NCBI RefSeq assembly: GCF_036321535.1
Contig: NC_087437.1
Span: 106,518,001-106,582,000, forward strand
From: Camelus dromedarius
Lineage: Eukaryota
Reading direction: 5' to 3'
DNA length: 64,000 nt
A program made the translations under genes and the position numbers. Below the pieces are notes generated by a model. That model had not been told where the DNA came from, made no database searches, and was given only the letters and a program-made list of their open reading frames with translations. This document shows positions 41,345 to 54,065 of this stretch, piece by piece. Position 1 is the stretch's first letter. Every line of letters starts with the position of its first letter.

Positions 41345-41924
41345 AAGAATTACAAAGGATGCAGTTGATGGAATGACAGAAAGCCAGGACCTAAAACCTT
41401 CAAAGACTGTGGGGGCATTCCACTGCAGTAGACAGAGCTCTCCAACAGTAGAGGAGAGGGATGATCTAGTTCAAGAGCGTGCACCTCACAGTTTGGGCTG
41501 GGGGTGTTTTAGGGAGGAGAGGGAAAGAATGGTCTGGAAGTGAAAATGAGGAAGAAGGAGGACCTCCCCACCTCCAGGCACGATGCGAGGAGGACCGCAA
41601 GAAAAGAACACCTGAGAAAGCTCCCGGGGAAACAGTGCCTTTGGGGAGGAACCAGGATTCAGAGCAAGAAGATACTGTCCACACTGTGGGTCATGGACAC
41701 AAGGAATTTTGCTATGGTTGTTGCTGACATTCAGTGAAAGCTCACCATCATCCCATCTTCATTTACAATGTTGATATTTTGTTCGTTGAGGATTTTTTGG
41801 ATTAATTTTGATTTTTTAAACCTTGCATTAAAATATTACTTATCTTGATTCCTGAGTGCCTCGCTCACCTCACTCTACTCCCAACCCTGAGATAAATCAG
41901 TTAAAAAAATTAAGGCACCAGGAA

Positions 41925-42467
41925 TGAACAAAAACTGTGGTACAACCAGACAATGGATTATCCAGCACCAAAAAGAAAGGAGCTATGAAACCATGAAAAG
42001 ATACAGAGGAATCTTATTGCCTATTACTAAGTGAAAGATGCCAATGTGAAGATACATGTGTGATTCCAACCACATGACATTCTGGAAAAGGAAAACTAAG
42101 GAGACAATAAAAAGACCAGTGGTTACCAGGAGTTAGGGGGAAGGTGAGGTGAACAGGAGGTACGTAAAGGATTCAGGGGCAGTGAAATTATTCTATATGA
42201 TACTATAATGGTGAATACATGTCATTAGACATTTGTCCAAACCCACAGAATGTACAACACCAAGAGTGGACCCTAAGGTAAACTATGGACTTTGGGTGAC
42301 AATGATGTGTCAATGTAGAATCATCAGTTGTAACAAATTTACTATTTTGCTAGGGGATGTTGATAATAAGGGAGAAACTCTGCATGAGTTGGGGTGGGGA
42401 GTTATATGGGAAATCTCTGCACCTTCCTCCTGATTTTGTTACGAATCTAAAACTGCTCTAAAAAATA
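41925..42467 (+). mobile_element. L1MC1-like 3' UTR fragment
   Basis: Homologous to about 1420-1975: caagagtggaccctaaggtaaactatggactttgggtg...ctaaaactgctctaaaaaata. Confidence 0.88.
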
Positions 42468-45400
42468 CAGCACTGATCTGTGGAGTGCGAGATAAGTTCA
42501 GTGAGGAAGGTACATGCTATAAAAACACACAAAATGGATATCCTGGCGGGGCGGGGCGGGGGTGGGTATTGAGAAAGTTATTCTTCAAAACCACTTGCCA
42601 GTAACTCAGCTCTAAAGGAAACAGCGCCTTTCCTATATTTCATTTTGTTCTTGAGTATCTTAACTCTTCAACACGTGCATTTCAGTAGCAGATAAGGCTC
42701 AACTTGAAAATGCCACTAAAATTTAACATCCCCATGGCTCTTTCCTATATAATGAAAGATGAAGTGGCTTTTCATACAGGAATAGAATGCTCACACCACC
42801 TCTCCTGGTTTATGGTACCACAAAAGTACAGCATTCACAAGTCATAAACTCTATGACACTAGAGAGCTCGCCCCGAGGGACGTGAAATCCCATGCAGTAA
42901 GTGTGAGCTACTGCATTTTTCTAAAAGGTTCTAGCTGTCACTTCATAGAAATACTACCCTGCTGAGGGTTTTTTCAGGAACTCTCCGTTTTCTATAAAGA
43001 AGGACTGTGTAGGAGGCACAGTCAAGTCATTTCCTTCTTAATTCCAAACCAAAAAACCTATTTGTAGGGAACAGATTGACAAGCGAAAAAAAAATCTCTT
43101 GTTCACGTTGCATTCCATCTTTAGTTTCCTAAGGTAATATCTGGTGCAAAAAAGCCGTAACGTATTCAGTGGGTCACTTTCCAGCAGACAGAATTGCATA
43201 CTGACCAGTTAAGATCAGAGGAGACAGGATTCCTCCCCTAAAGGTCACTAGCTTCACAAAGCAATGAGTCAAACACAGAATCCACTTCTAGTTCCCACCA
43301 CGAAATCTAGGGCATACATGTGATTTCCTGTGCTTCGATTTCACCCTCCAGAATTTGGACAATGACAATTGTTTACAGGCAGTTGGATGAGATTGTAAAA
43401 TTTGAACCACGTGAATCCCATGCACAATTTGCCTACTGCCCCGAAATGAAAACGGAAGTGCTAACTTCAATCTCGTCCACCCCATTTTTGCTCTGAGATG
43501 GGGAGTTACGAATTTGAATTTGCCAAAGAGAATACAAATCTGCTGTTCTAAATTCAGGAGGTTTATTTTAAAAGGTCGGGGGAGGAACATCAAACATTAA
43601 AATAACAAAAGTGCTTCTGAAACATACCTAGTCCCAGTCACAGTGATAACCACATGCACTCCCAGTGAAAAAAAAATACTCAAGTTTCAGACAAAAATTC
43701 CAAGTACTACATCTCACTTTCTATTAGGCAGTTCCAGTGTATGACCAGAGACAGACAAGCATTTTTATGTGGTGAGACAAATAAGCATTATATGTTGAAA
43801 AAAGAGCATGGTTCATAGTTTCAGGCAAGAATAAAAATTAATTAGACACACAAATGTGCTTATGGCTAGTTAATAAGTCCCTGACTTTTCATCATAATTG
43901 ATTACAAGCATCAGCTCAATGTTTTTTATTTTCTTTGTGTCATCTCACACCTTAACATAGGAAACAAAAGACATCTGAGATCCCTAAGCTTTTTAATTGG
44001 TAGGTTTTTCAACACATGCAGGGCATGCATTGCTAACACAAGCATCGCTAACAATTTGCTATAACAGCAGGCATTAGCAAAAGCCGACTTCTATGTGGCC
44101 CCCTTCCTTTTCTAAAATGCTTCCTGTGTGAATCCCAATGAGGAGTAACTATTTTTTGATTATTAAAAAAAATGTAGATGACTACAGCTATTAATAAATA
44201 CTTAAAGCAGAAGCAGACCCAGGCTTATGTCAGTTACTTGAAAAGCAAACCGTCCTCAGTTCCAACAAACCTTCCTGAACCACACAGGGCAGCCACTGAA
44301 TAAATACACACACTGTGCTCCCAACACACTCTTCCTAAGACCCTCACACCCCACTTCAAACGCCCAGGCCCATTAGGGTCCTCTCACGTAGACAAACCTC
44401 CTCCACCCACAGTGTAACAGAATGCTAGTCCCTCTCTCCCACTGCAGGAACGCTTTATGGTATTTATCGCAGTGTGCCTCACATTTGGGTTAAGTACATC
44501 TGTGTACCGCCTCCCCGGTGAAAATACACTTTCCAAAGGCAGGAAACACAATTTGGCACCCGCCCGCAGCCTCCCCGTGGCGCTCCACATTTATGAACGT
44601 TGGTTCGAGGCTATCGGGAGGCTGCCAAGTTCCCTGCCCCTCCCTGCAGCCAGCGCTCCAGCCCCCGGTCCCCTGGAAGGGTACTCATTAGGGACCATAT
44701 TTTAACTCTGCAGTTCCGGCCCCGTAGCTCATTATAGCCAGAGGAAAGCAAACTGTAGACTGCATTCTCTTCCTCAAGCGTTTTGAACGAGCACATACAG
44801 GCTCTAGTTAGATGACAGGGGATGGATACAAGACTAGCAGGAGGGGAAGTCGCAGCCAGGGATGGTGCTGTCAAAACCCAGGGGTGGGCGGGAACCAGGA
44901 ATCTGGAAGAGGCAGCTGGTCTAGGGAGGAAAATAAGAAGATGCACGGAGATGAGATGCTAAGATGAGACAACTGTGTACCCGAGACAGAGACAGACAGC
45001 AGATGAGACCCGGACCACCTGATGACCTGTAACTCCAGGGAGGTGTGCCACGTCTCCTTTAATAAGCCCCCACTTAAAATAAGCTGCTCTGGTAGCTTTA
45101 TTTTCCTTCCAAATGAACAAAACTCAAGAAAAATGCCCAGCTCCAAAGATGGTTCACTAACGTTCCCTTCGATCTCTGCATCCAAAGCATTTTGTCCGAT
45201 TGCTTTTATCTGATCACTGACCACTTTCTACCTCCTATTGCTCTTATGTGGCTTCCTGCCCATTAGGACACACACTCCTTGAAAGCAGGAACAATGTGAT
45301 TCATTTCTGTGTTCCCTCCACAGGGGTCAACTTGGTGACAGCACAGTAAGTGCGTGATCAATATGTAATGCTTAAGTTCAGAATCCACTAGATGTAGGGA

Positions 45401-45956
45401 AATTCAGTAGATACAAAGCTCCCATTGGGTATTATCAATGCATCTCTTAAATAAGATTATCTAAAGAGTATGGTATTATAGTTGGATTATAAGCTTTTGA
45501 GAAAAGTAAGCATCTCAGTGCCTTCCAATACTGTTCTTCCAAGTATGATGTAGCAATTTAGACCAATAATAGCATCCTGTATAAAAAGCAGTAGATTACT
45601 GCTAATAAATGTTAATAAATACACGCTGAGGAAGAAGAATTAGAAGCCAGGCTCTCAAGCTAAGGGGGCCCATCTGGCTGGTCCAGGCATCTGTCACAAG
45701 CAGCCTACTATTCTGGCCACAGGAACATGTTTTATCTCTGAAAGCAAACCTACCAGTACATAAATTAACTTTATTTTTAAAACGAGCCGAAGAAATTTCA
45801 AATACTAAGAGCCAGGAAAGGTAGAGTAGAAACAATCTTAAATCCATATTAGGAGGCTGTAGTTGGAAAACTAACTGGTTTTCCTCACTACAGAAAACAC
45901 CTTAAAACTTGGTCACCATCAGAACATTTTCATTCTGAATTTAAAAAATCTAAAGA

Positions 45957-45981
45957 GTCTCTCTCTCTCTCTCTCTCTGTC
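45957..45981. repeat. (TC)n microsatellite
   Basis: gtctctctctctctctctctctgtc. Confidence 0.85.
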
Positions 45982-48900
45982 TATCCAAATGGGAGCTATA
46001 TTAATCTCAGACAAGATGACATTTAAGTTGTTAAATACCCAAAGCAAAAAAAAGACACTGATGATATTTAAGAAAGTCAAGAACATATAGTTATATATAC
46101 AGAAATATAAAAATATTTCTCTAAGACATATGCTGTTAGAGTGCTACAAAAACTCTCCTTTATTCCCAATATTAAGGACAAATAGGAGAACCCTCAGAGC
46201 ATCCTTTTGCATCTGGCCACCTGGAACAAAGGATTAATTAATGCCCAACGTCATATTTACACACAATTAGGTTCTAAATGACCAAGCAGGTTCCAAGAAC
46301 ACAAAATCAAATGTGGCCAATAAAAGGCTAAAAACAGAGTTTGTGGTCAGGGAATGGGAATTGCTACTAATTCTGAAAATAATTTGCTTACTGTTCTTTC
46401 TAGTCTTTCAACTTTTGAAATCGATTTTTGATCGGGTTCTCCAGGATATTTCTTTCTTGAAAAAACATGCTGGAAACCATGCAGTGTTAATAAAATGGTA
46501 TTTTAAACACGTAAGTCAGAAGTCAGTAAATAACATGTGTTGTTTAATTCATCTTCATCAATTTACAGACTGCAAAAGGGACAAGCAACACATCTGTCTG
46601 CACATGGGCTTGCGAGAAATAATGCAGACTCTGAAGGAGGTAAGGTAGAGAACTTGGATTCCAGACATCCTAGAATAAGAGTAACTATTGGAAATGATAA
46701 GCACACGGGGCTTTCGTTATACTATTCTTTCTACTTTCACATATGCTTGAAATTTTGAATTACAAAGAACTAACAGTTAAAAAAAAAAAAAACTAGCCCA
46801 GTGGAAACAAAGTCAGATTTCTAAATTTACATTACAAGTGAAAAAACAAAACGCAAACAAACGAAACCAAGAACTTAACTGTAAACGCATGATGTCAGCT
46901 AGCTAGCATGTCTTAACATACGCATGAAACAAAAAAATCAAACTATAGTAAAATGGCATAGAGCTAGCCGATGGATCATGGGATATTTTCATCCTGTGAA
47001 AGTTTTTACGTATCAATTTCTTGCTCAAAGAATACAGCCAAGAGGCCAATAAGAAAAATATATAATTGAGGGTTTACTATATGCCTGAATCATTACAAAT
47101 GTTTTATGTGTAGCAGGTCCTGTAAACCTCTATCAGTTGGTAATCGCTCCATTTCATCAAAGATGGAATTGATGAAGCCAGAACAACAAAAGTAAGTGAC
47201 ATCTCTGAGCACTCAAAGAGTGTATTAATTTCTAAGTTTTAAATGACTTCCACTCCAGTGTCCAAACCGAAACAAAGCATGTCCTAGAGCATATATCTCT
47301 GTTTCTGAATGAAAATAACATACTCTTTCCTCTAAGGTTTTCTGGAATACGAAGAAAAATCATACCTGAAACTGCTTCGCAACACAAATTCTTGGAATAA
47401 TGGGAGATACTGGAAACAGTATCTAATTTAATTGAGAAAGAGAACTGGAAACCAAAAACATTCTCTGATTACAATTTCATGAGGTGCTGGGAAGTACAGT
47501 AGAGCTGATGAAACACCACTGCAATACTGGGAGGTCTGAACAGCGCTGGGGTTTCACAATGATGACCTTACGTAGGAGTAAGGGACACAAAATGCCGCAG
47601 GGCGCTAGCCTATTTCCCAATAATCTGGCCCAAGTCTGTTTCTCACACTGGATACAAATATATTCTCATATACATACATTCATTCTCAGAGTTGGAAAAT
47701 ATTGTCCAAGAACCTTGTTGGATATGTAAGTTACTCCTACGCTAGTGTGCTGAATGGAAAAACAAATGAGGGAGGAGGGGACACCAAAATAAACAAGACA
47801 AGACAAGAATGTGGAAACACAAACAGCTGTGTCCACATGTAGCCAAGATGCTCATGCTCTCTGTCAATTTATGGCTGACTTCCTTATTTTTAAAATGTCC
47901 AAACTATACAAGGTTATTTGTTATTGGTACCTCAATAAAGCTAAAAGGAAAAAAGAAAAAAATATACTGCAGGAAAAACACTTTTGATAAATAAATATAA
48001 AATAAATACATAATAAGCATAAAAAATAAACATGCCAAATCTAGAAGTCTATAGTATTACTGCAAATATGTTATAATTGAGGATGCATTTAGCAAAGAGC
48101 TAGACAGGAACCAGGATAAATGTCAAATCAAACATTAATTTGATTAAATGATAATGGGGCGGGGGGAGAACCAAACTGGTTTCATCTCTTTTACTTCTGA
48201 ATCCTATGGTTTGTGCAAGCAATCTTTATAAATGCACAAGACCAATAACATGCAAAATATATCTATCCTCATGTAGAGGTAGCTGGATACCTCTACTCAA
48301 AAACTATTTCACTTAATAAGAATTTTTGGATCTTTCAAGAATCAAACCACAATGCATAGGTGCCTGTCATGCGTGGGTCAGTTTTAAGCCCATAAAAGTG
48401 GACAGTCCATATAGCAAAATAATAATGGCCAAGAAGGTACCACAGCATCTACCATACAGGTGTGTCTACAAAATGTCCTCAAAGCTGGTCAGATTAAAAC
48501 AATCACATATGCTGGGTTTTTTTAAATTAATTTTAACTTCACATTACTATAGAATGAAAACATCAAGGAAGACAAACAAGTTTTATCTGGGAGTCCCTGC
48601 TGAGTTATATATTTTAGAGGAGAGAGTTAGTTGGGCAAAGGACATGGCTTTGTTCACTCATCCAACAGGCCATCTTTGTTTGGTTCAAGCAGTGGTATGC
48701 TTTGTTTGGTGATCCCGCTAATTTATAGACAAAACAACAGTTCATTTAGAGCAAGAAGGTTAAAGAAACAGAATACATATTGTGAACTGTGGAAAGAAAA
48801 CACTTTGGAAAAAGAAAGTATACTCACAATCTAATGGAAGAGACTGTAAGCAAAGCCACATTCACCTGTCTAGGTTTCCCAGTTGGACATCTGTTCCAGG

Positions 48901-50134
48901 GATTGAGGCTTAACTTGTTCAAAACTCTCTCTTAGAGACCTGCTCCCAGTGTGAGTTAGCAGAGCCATGGTCACCTGCTCTAAGCCCCTACCTCGCAGGA
49001 GGTGCTCTGCATGTCAGGGAGCCTGTGTTTTAAGTTCTCTCCCTGAAAGAGGAGGAAGAACAGTACTGGGACTTATACAGTTTCTTGTTTAATCAACAAT
49101 GTTTAACTTTTACAACGGTACCTCTATCCTCCTATCATAAAAGGAAGCCATGGTCTAAGTTTGGTTGGGCAACTTTCCTGGACTGCTCAGGTGTCAAAGA
49201 GCAAAGGCTGCATGTGAATGGAGGTCTGATAGGGAAGCCCATGCCCCCTCTTTTCTACACTTAACCCTAAGGCTTCCTTATAGCAGCATCTTGGGGCCTG
49301 GCATACCTGCTCATCTACACAACAAGGATGGGCAGAGTGATCTTTCCCACCCCTTTCCCACCAGCACCTTAAGACTTGAATTCCCTTCTCTCCCAAGTCC
49401 AACTTACACTTGGATACAGGCTAATTTTTCCAGAAGTGTCTCAATCAGAAAACACTCCTGTTAAGAACAGTCCCTTAGCCTTTAGTCATCTCTAAAATTA
49501 GATCCCAAACCCCAGATTACAATCAAGATCCTTTACTTTACGTCTTCATTCCACCTTTTCAATCTCCTAAATTCTTTTCTCAATTTATCTAATCGTATAT
49601 GTATAAGCTCCTTCTGTGCAAGAATGGCCACTCAGCAACACGCGACACAAAATCCTCTCCTGAACCAGTAAATACCTGCTCAATTTGCCTAAATTAAATT
49701 TGGGAATGGAACAGGGTTCTTCAGATGAAGAACTGAAGTACACTCGCAATTTTTTCTTTTCCTAACCTAAAGCCTTTGATTTAAATAAAACAATGTTTTG
49801 TTTTGTTTTGAAATTTCATTTCATTCAAAAGAAAAGGGATAACAAAATCTAGAAATTCTAATTTTTCTCCCTAGACCTGATAATGTATGTTTCAAGGGTA
49901 AGAGTATCTTAATTTTGATCTATGTGTAAGACTCTTAGGTGCCTTAGGCCAACGTCTGGATTATATAACAGCTCGTGAAGGCGAGTGGCCACTTCAGGCT
50001 GTCACATGATGACTCATTTATATGGTAATTTTCAAATTGCTCCCATGATGTTTCCGCATCTCCTATAGAATGAAGAAAAGGAAATTTTTTTTCCATCAAA
50101 GGGACCACAGAGGAAAATAATCATTAAAGGAGTG

Positions 50135-50662
50135 TCTGTTGTGGTCATCTATTACTGCACACAAAGTATCTCCAAACTTAGTAACTTCAAACAGTAAGCA
50201 TTTCTTTCCTCACACAGTTTCTGTGGGTCAGGAATCCGTAAGAGGCTTAGCTGAGGGACCCTGACTCTTACATGGGTGCAGTCAAGATGTCAGCAGGGGC
50301 TGCGGTCAAATGAAGGCTTGGCTGGGCCACAGGATCCACTTCCACGTGGCTGAGTGGGCACAAGTCAGTGCCGGCTGTTGGCAGGAGCGCTCAGTTCTGC
50401 AGCAAGTGCACGGCTCCATGGTGCTGCTTGAGTGTCCTCATGCCATGGCAGCTAGCTCCCACCACGGCAAAAGACGTAGCGCAAGACAGAAGCCACACAT
50501 CTTTTATGATCCAGCCTCAAAAGTCACACACTGTGATTTTTCTGAAATCCTGTTGGTTACAAATGTCAGCCCTGTGCACAGTGGGAAGACACTACATGTG
50601 GATGTAAATACGAGAAGGGAGTCCAGTGCTGCTGGGAGCCATCTTGAAGGCCAGCTAACACA
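50135..50662 (-). mobile_element. MaLR LTR (MLT1F/G-like); a further degraded MLT1 piece runs to about 51045
   Basis: ctcacacagtttctgtgggtcaggaatcc...gcagtcaagatgtcagcaggggctgcggtca...gccatcttgaaggccagctaacaca. Confidence 0.8.
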
Positions 50663-51519
50663 CAATAATTTAGAATTTCTCACAATTCCGTGAGTCAGCT
50701 GAGCAACTGTCCTTCTTCACATGGTGTTGTCAGCGGGAGGACTGCAAGGAAGGCTGCTGGGTCCAACCTGGCCTTGCATACGTGGCTGCTGGTTGGTGCC
50801 GGCAGCTGGCTGGGAGGGCAGCGAGGACTAGTGAATGACAGCCTCCATTTTCTTCCACTTGGGCTTCTCCCATGGTTGCCTTCTCAGAGCACAAAAGGAG
50901 AAACTTCCAGGCCTTCTTAAGGGTTAGACCCAGAACTAAACCACTCCATTCTACTGGCTAAAGCAAGTCTCATGTCCAACCAAGACTGAAGTTAACTACT
51001 GGAAGATGTGATTCATCAAGAGTCAGTGACAACATATTAACACAGGGTGACACAAAGAACAACGTAAGGTTTCCTTCCTGTTTTCAGGAAGCAGACTTTA
51101 TGATCATTTGGTACATTTGACTGAATATATCAAGCCATACTCTATGTGTATTACTCTCTTACTGAGGGTTATCATGACACTGTGTTTAACTGGGTGAAAA
51201 TAAACTGAGGGCAAATCTGGACTATGGACCAAGAACCCCAATTCTTGCTTAAACATTTCTTTGGAATTCTGTCAATGGAAAGAAGCAGTCTCTGCAGGAG
51301 GAGCCCACAAGGCCATCTCAGGGGAGGCTTTCCAGTGCCAAGAGTGATGTGGAGCACCTGCCTCATCCAGTTTCCATCCTTGTGCCGGCAATAGGCCGTC
51401 CACAAGCAGTTACTGAATGACAGCTCATGTGCTCTGGATCAAAGTTAAACGTTGGAGAAAATGCTTTGTAAAGCATGATCTCCAGAATCCCTTTGCCCAG
51501 GGATCCCCAGTATAAGTCC

Positions 51520-51920
51520 CAGTCTTAGCTCAGGCTGCCATAACAAATTACCATAGACTGGGTGGCTTAAATAACAGGGATTTATTTTCTCACAGGTCTG
51601 AGAGCTGGCAGTCTGAGATCAGGGTGCCAGCACAGGCAGGTCCTGGAGAAGTCTCTTCCTGGTTTGCAGATTGACATCTTCTCCCTGTGGCCTCACATTA
51701 CCTTTTTGTGTGAGCAGGAGGAGAGGGCAAACTCTCTGCAAGCTCTCTGGTGTCGTGTCTCTTCTTATAAGGGCACTAATCCTCTCATGAAGGCCCCACC
51801 CTCATGACCTCATCTAACCTTGATTACCTATCAAAAGCTCTACCTCCAAATATCATCACATTGGACCTTAGTGCTTCACTGTATGAATTTTGGAGAAGAC
51901 ACAAACATTCAGTCTACAGA
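51520..51920 (-). mobile_element. MaLR LTR (MLT1A-like)
   Basis: ctcaggctgccataacaaattaccatagactgggtggcttaaa...ttcttataagggcactaatcc...cacaaacattcagtc. 5-bp TSD AGTCC at 51515-51519 and 51921-51925. Confidence 0.88.
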
Positions 51921-53499
51921 AGTCCTCAAGGCACATTTGATTAAAAAAGAAAGAAAGAAAGAAAGAATAGCGCCGACTATGCTAATAAAAAATATGTAAA
52001 GAAAATTTTCACATTTCGAAAATGCAAATATTTGAATGATGACAGGGCAGAAGCATAATTATTATGATTGGGGAACAAGAGAGAATTTACAGGTACCAAG
52101 AATTTGGATGATATGGGATAAAACACTGCTTGAACAAATACACAATTTAAACCCTAAGTTTCAAACTGTCATCCCAATCAAACTTTATAAGGGCTTACAA
52201 TCAAGAACAAAGGTAAAAGACTCAATTTTTACTTTTTTCTCCCTAATCTTGCCCCTTATCAACGATAGGACCAAAGCAATCAGGAGGCAAAAATGACCAC
52301 ATTGACAATAAATAACAGCAAAACCACCAACATCAGGGAATACAAATCAAGAGGAACCTGATACTATGAAGGACATTGACTAGACAATCCATCATCAAAG
52401 CAGTAATATCTGACACATCATATTAAGCTAAGCACCAGCACCAACAGATACGATGTGCAGCTATACAGGCAATCCTCTGGAAAAACAAATTTCACAAGTG
52501 AGTTAAATTAACAAGGTCAAAATGAGGTCACGGTGATGAATTTAGTTGGTTTGATTCTGTCCTAGGACCACAGACTGCTAACAGCTGCCTCTGTGACTCA
52601 GCCAGCTGTCTCTACAATATCTGTGTTTTGGTCACGAGAGGGATGGAGCACATAAGGAAAAAAATTATTTATCACTATTGGGAGAAAATAATCAGTCAGT
52701 GAAGAGCACTGTAAATAGTAACAGTGATGGTTTCTGTAGATTTTTTAAAAAGGAATTTGCACAATGATAGGTGTCAGAATATAGTGGTAAGTGTCTTCAT
52801 GGTGCTGAAGCAAATACCTGTCAACCTGGAATTCTATACGTAACTAAGCTATTGTTCAGTAAGAACAGCTTCTGGAAATAACTAAGTAAGATGACAGGGA
52901 TCCCAAAACATAGAGGAATCAAAATAAATAATATAGGAATAGAAATGCTTTGGTGAAAGAATCGGTTGTAAACAATGAATCCAGTGAAGGAACTGACGAC
53001 TGTGGGAATTATAGCAACAGAACAGACTATAATAGTAAACTCTGAGAATATAAAAACAATATTAACTTACAAAACCTGTGAGAAGGGGAGGTAGAAAAAT
53101 TATGAGCATTATTTTCCTTGACTTTCTTAGCAGGGAATCAATCAACTGTCTGAAAAACATGAAGCTAAAAACAAACAAACAAACAAAGGCATACAAACTC
53201 CCCCATAATTCAATCCTACAAATGAAAACTATTCATTATTTCCAATTACAAAAGGACAATATCAGAATGTGTACAAAGTGAGAGGCGATAGGAAGACCCC
53301 AAAATATCAATATCAAATGTTCTACATAGTTTAGGAAGCACCAAAGATTCTGAGTGAGCCCCTCTCCAACACCCACCTCCCCAACATCTTCCCAAAAGCC
53401 GGTTAAAGTCATGATGCACTATGAATTCCCTCAGCTACCCACTCTCCAACCTATACCACTTTTAAAAGGCACTGCGTGTTTCTAAGCCCATTGTGTTGG

Positions 53500-54065
53500 G
53501 CTGTGGTCATTTTTCTATTTGGCTCCCATGCCATTCTTCATCCTTTTTTTTCTGGCCAGAGCTCCTCTCCCCACAACACGTGGCTCTGATTGAGCTGCCA
53601 GACAAGACACACACCCTCACGACCAAGGTGGGCCAGTCCCAGTACTGAGTCCTTGTGGATATGGTCACTGGTCCAAAGATAGCTGTGTGAACAAAAGCAG
53701 GATCAGAGAGAACTCCTCCTGGGAATTAGAGTGCACGCTGGCCAAAAAGAGTTGGGGGTCCAAGCTGGAACGACACACTCCCAGAGGTACTGGCTGCCAC
53801 CTTCCCTGGCCTCCAAGAAGAACCCATCTTTGCAGGAGAAAACAAGGTGAATGTGAAGGAGAAAAGATAAGTAGAAAATAAGAGACCCCAACGGAGACAT
53901 TCCAGGCAGCACTGAGTGTGCTGATATCTGAGGACCTGATTTCTGGATGCCTTTTTTGTGAGTTATCCTCACCCCATGACCCTCCCCACCCATGGGAGAA
54001 AATATCCTCCATGTACAGTTGTTTAGTGGGTTTTGATCACCTGGCAACAGACACTGCCTAAGTAA
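53500..54065 (+). mobile_element. Degraded old MaLR LTR (MLT1J/K/L-like)
   Basis: ggtcactggtccaaagatagctgtgtga...gtttagtgggttttgatcacctggcaac. Confidence 0.5.
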
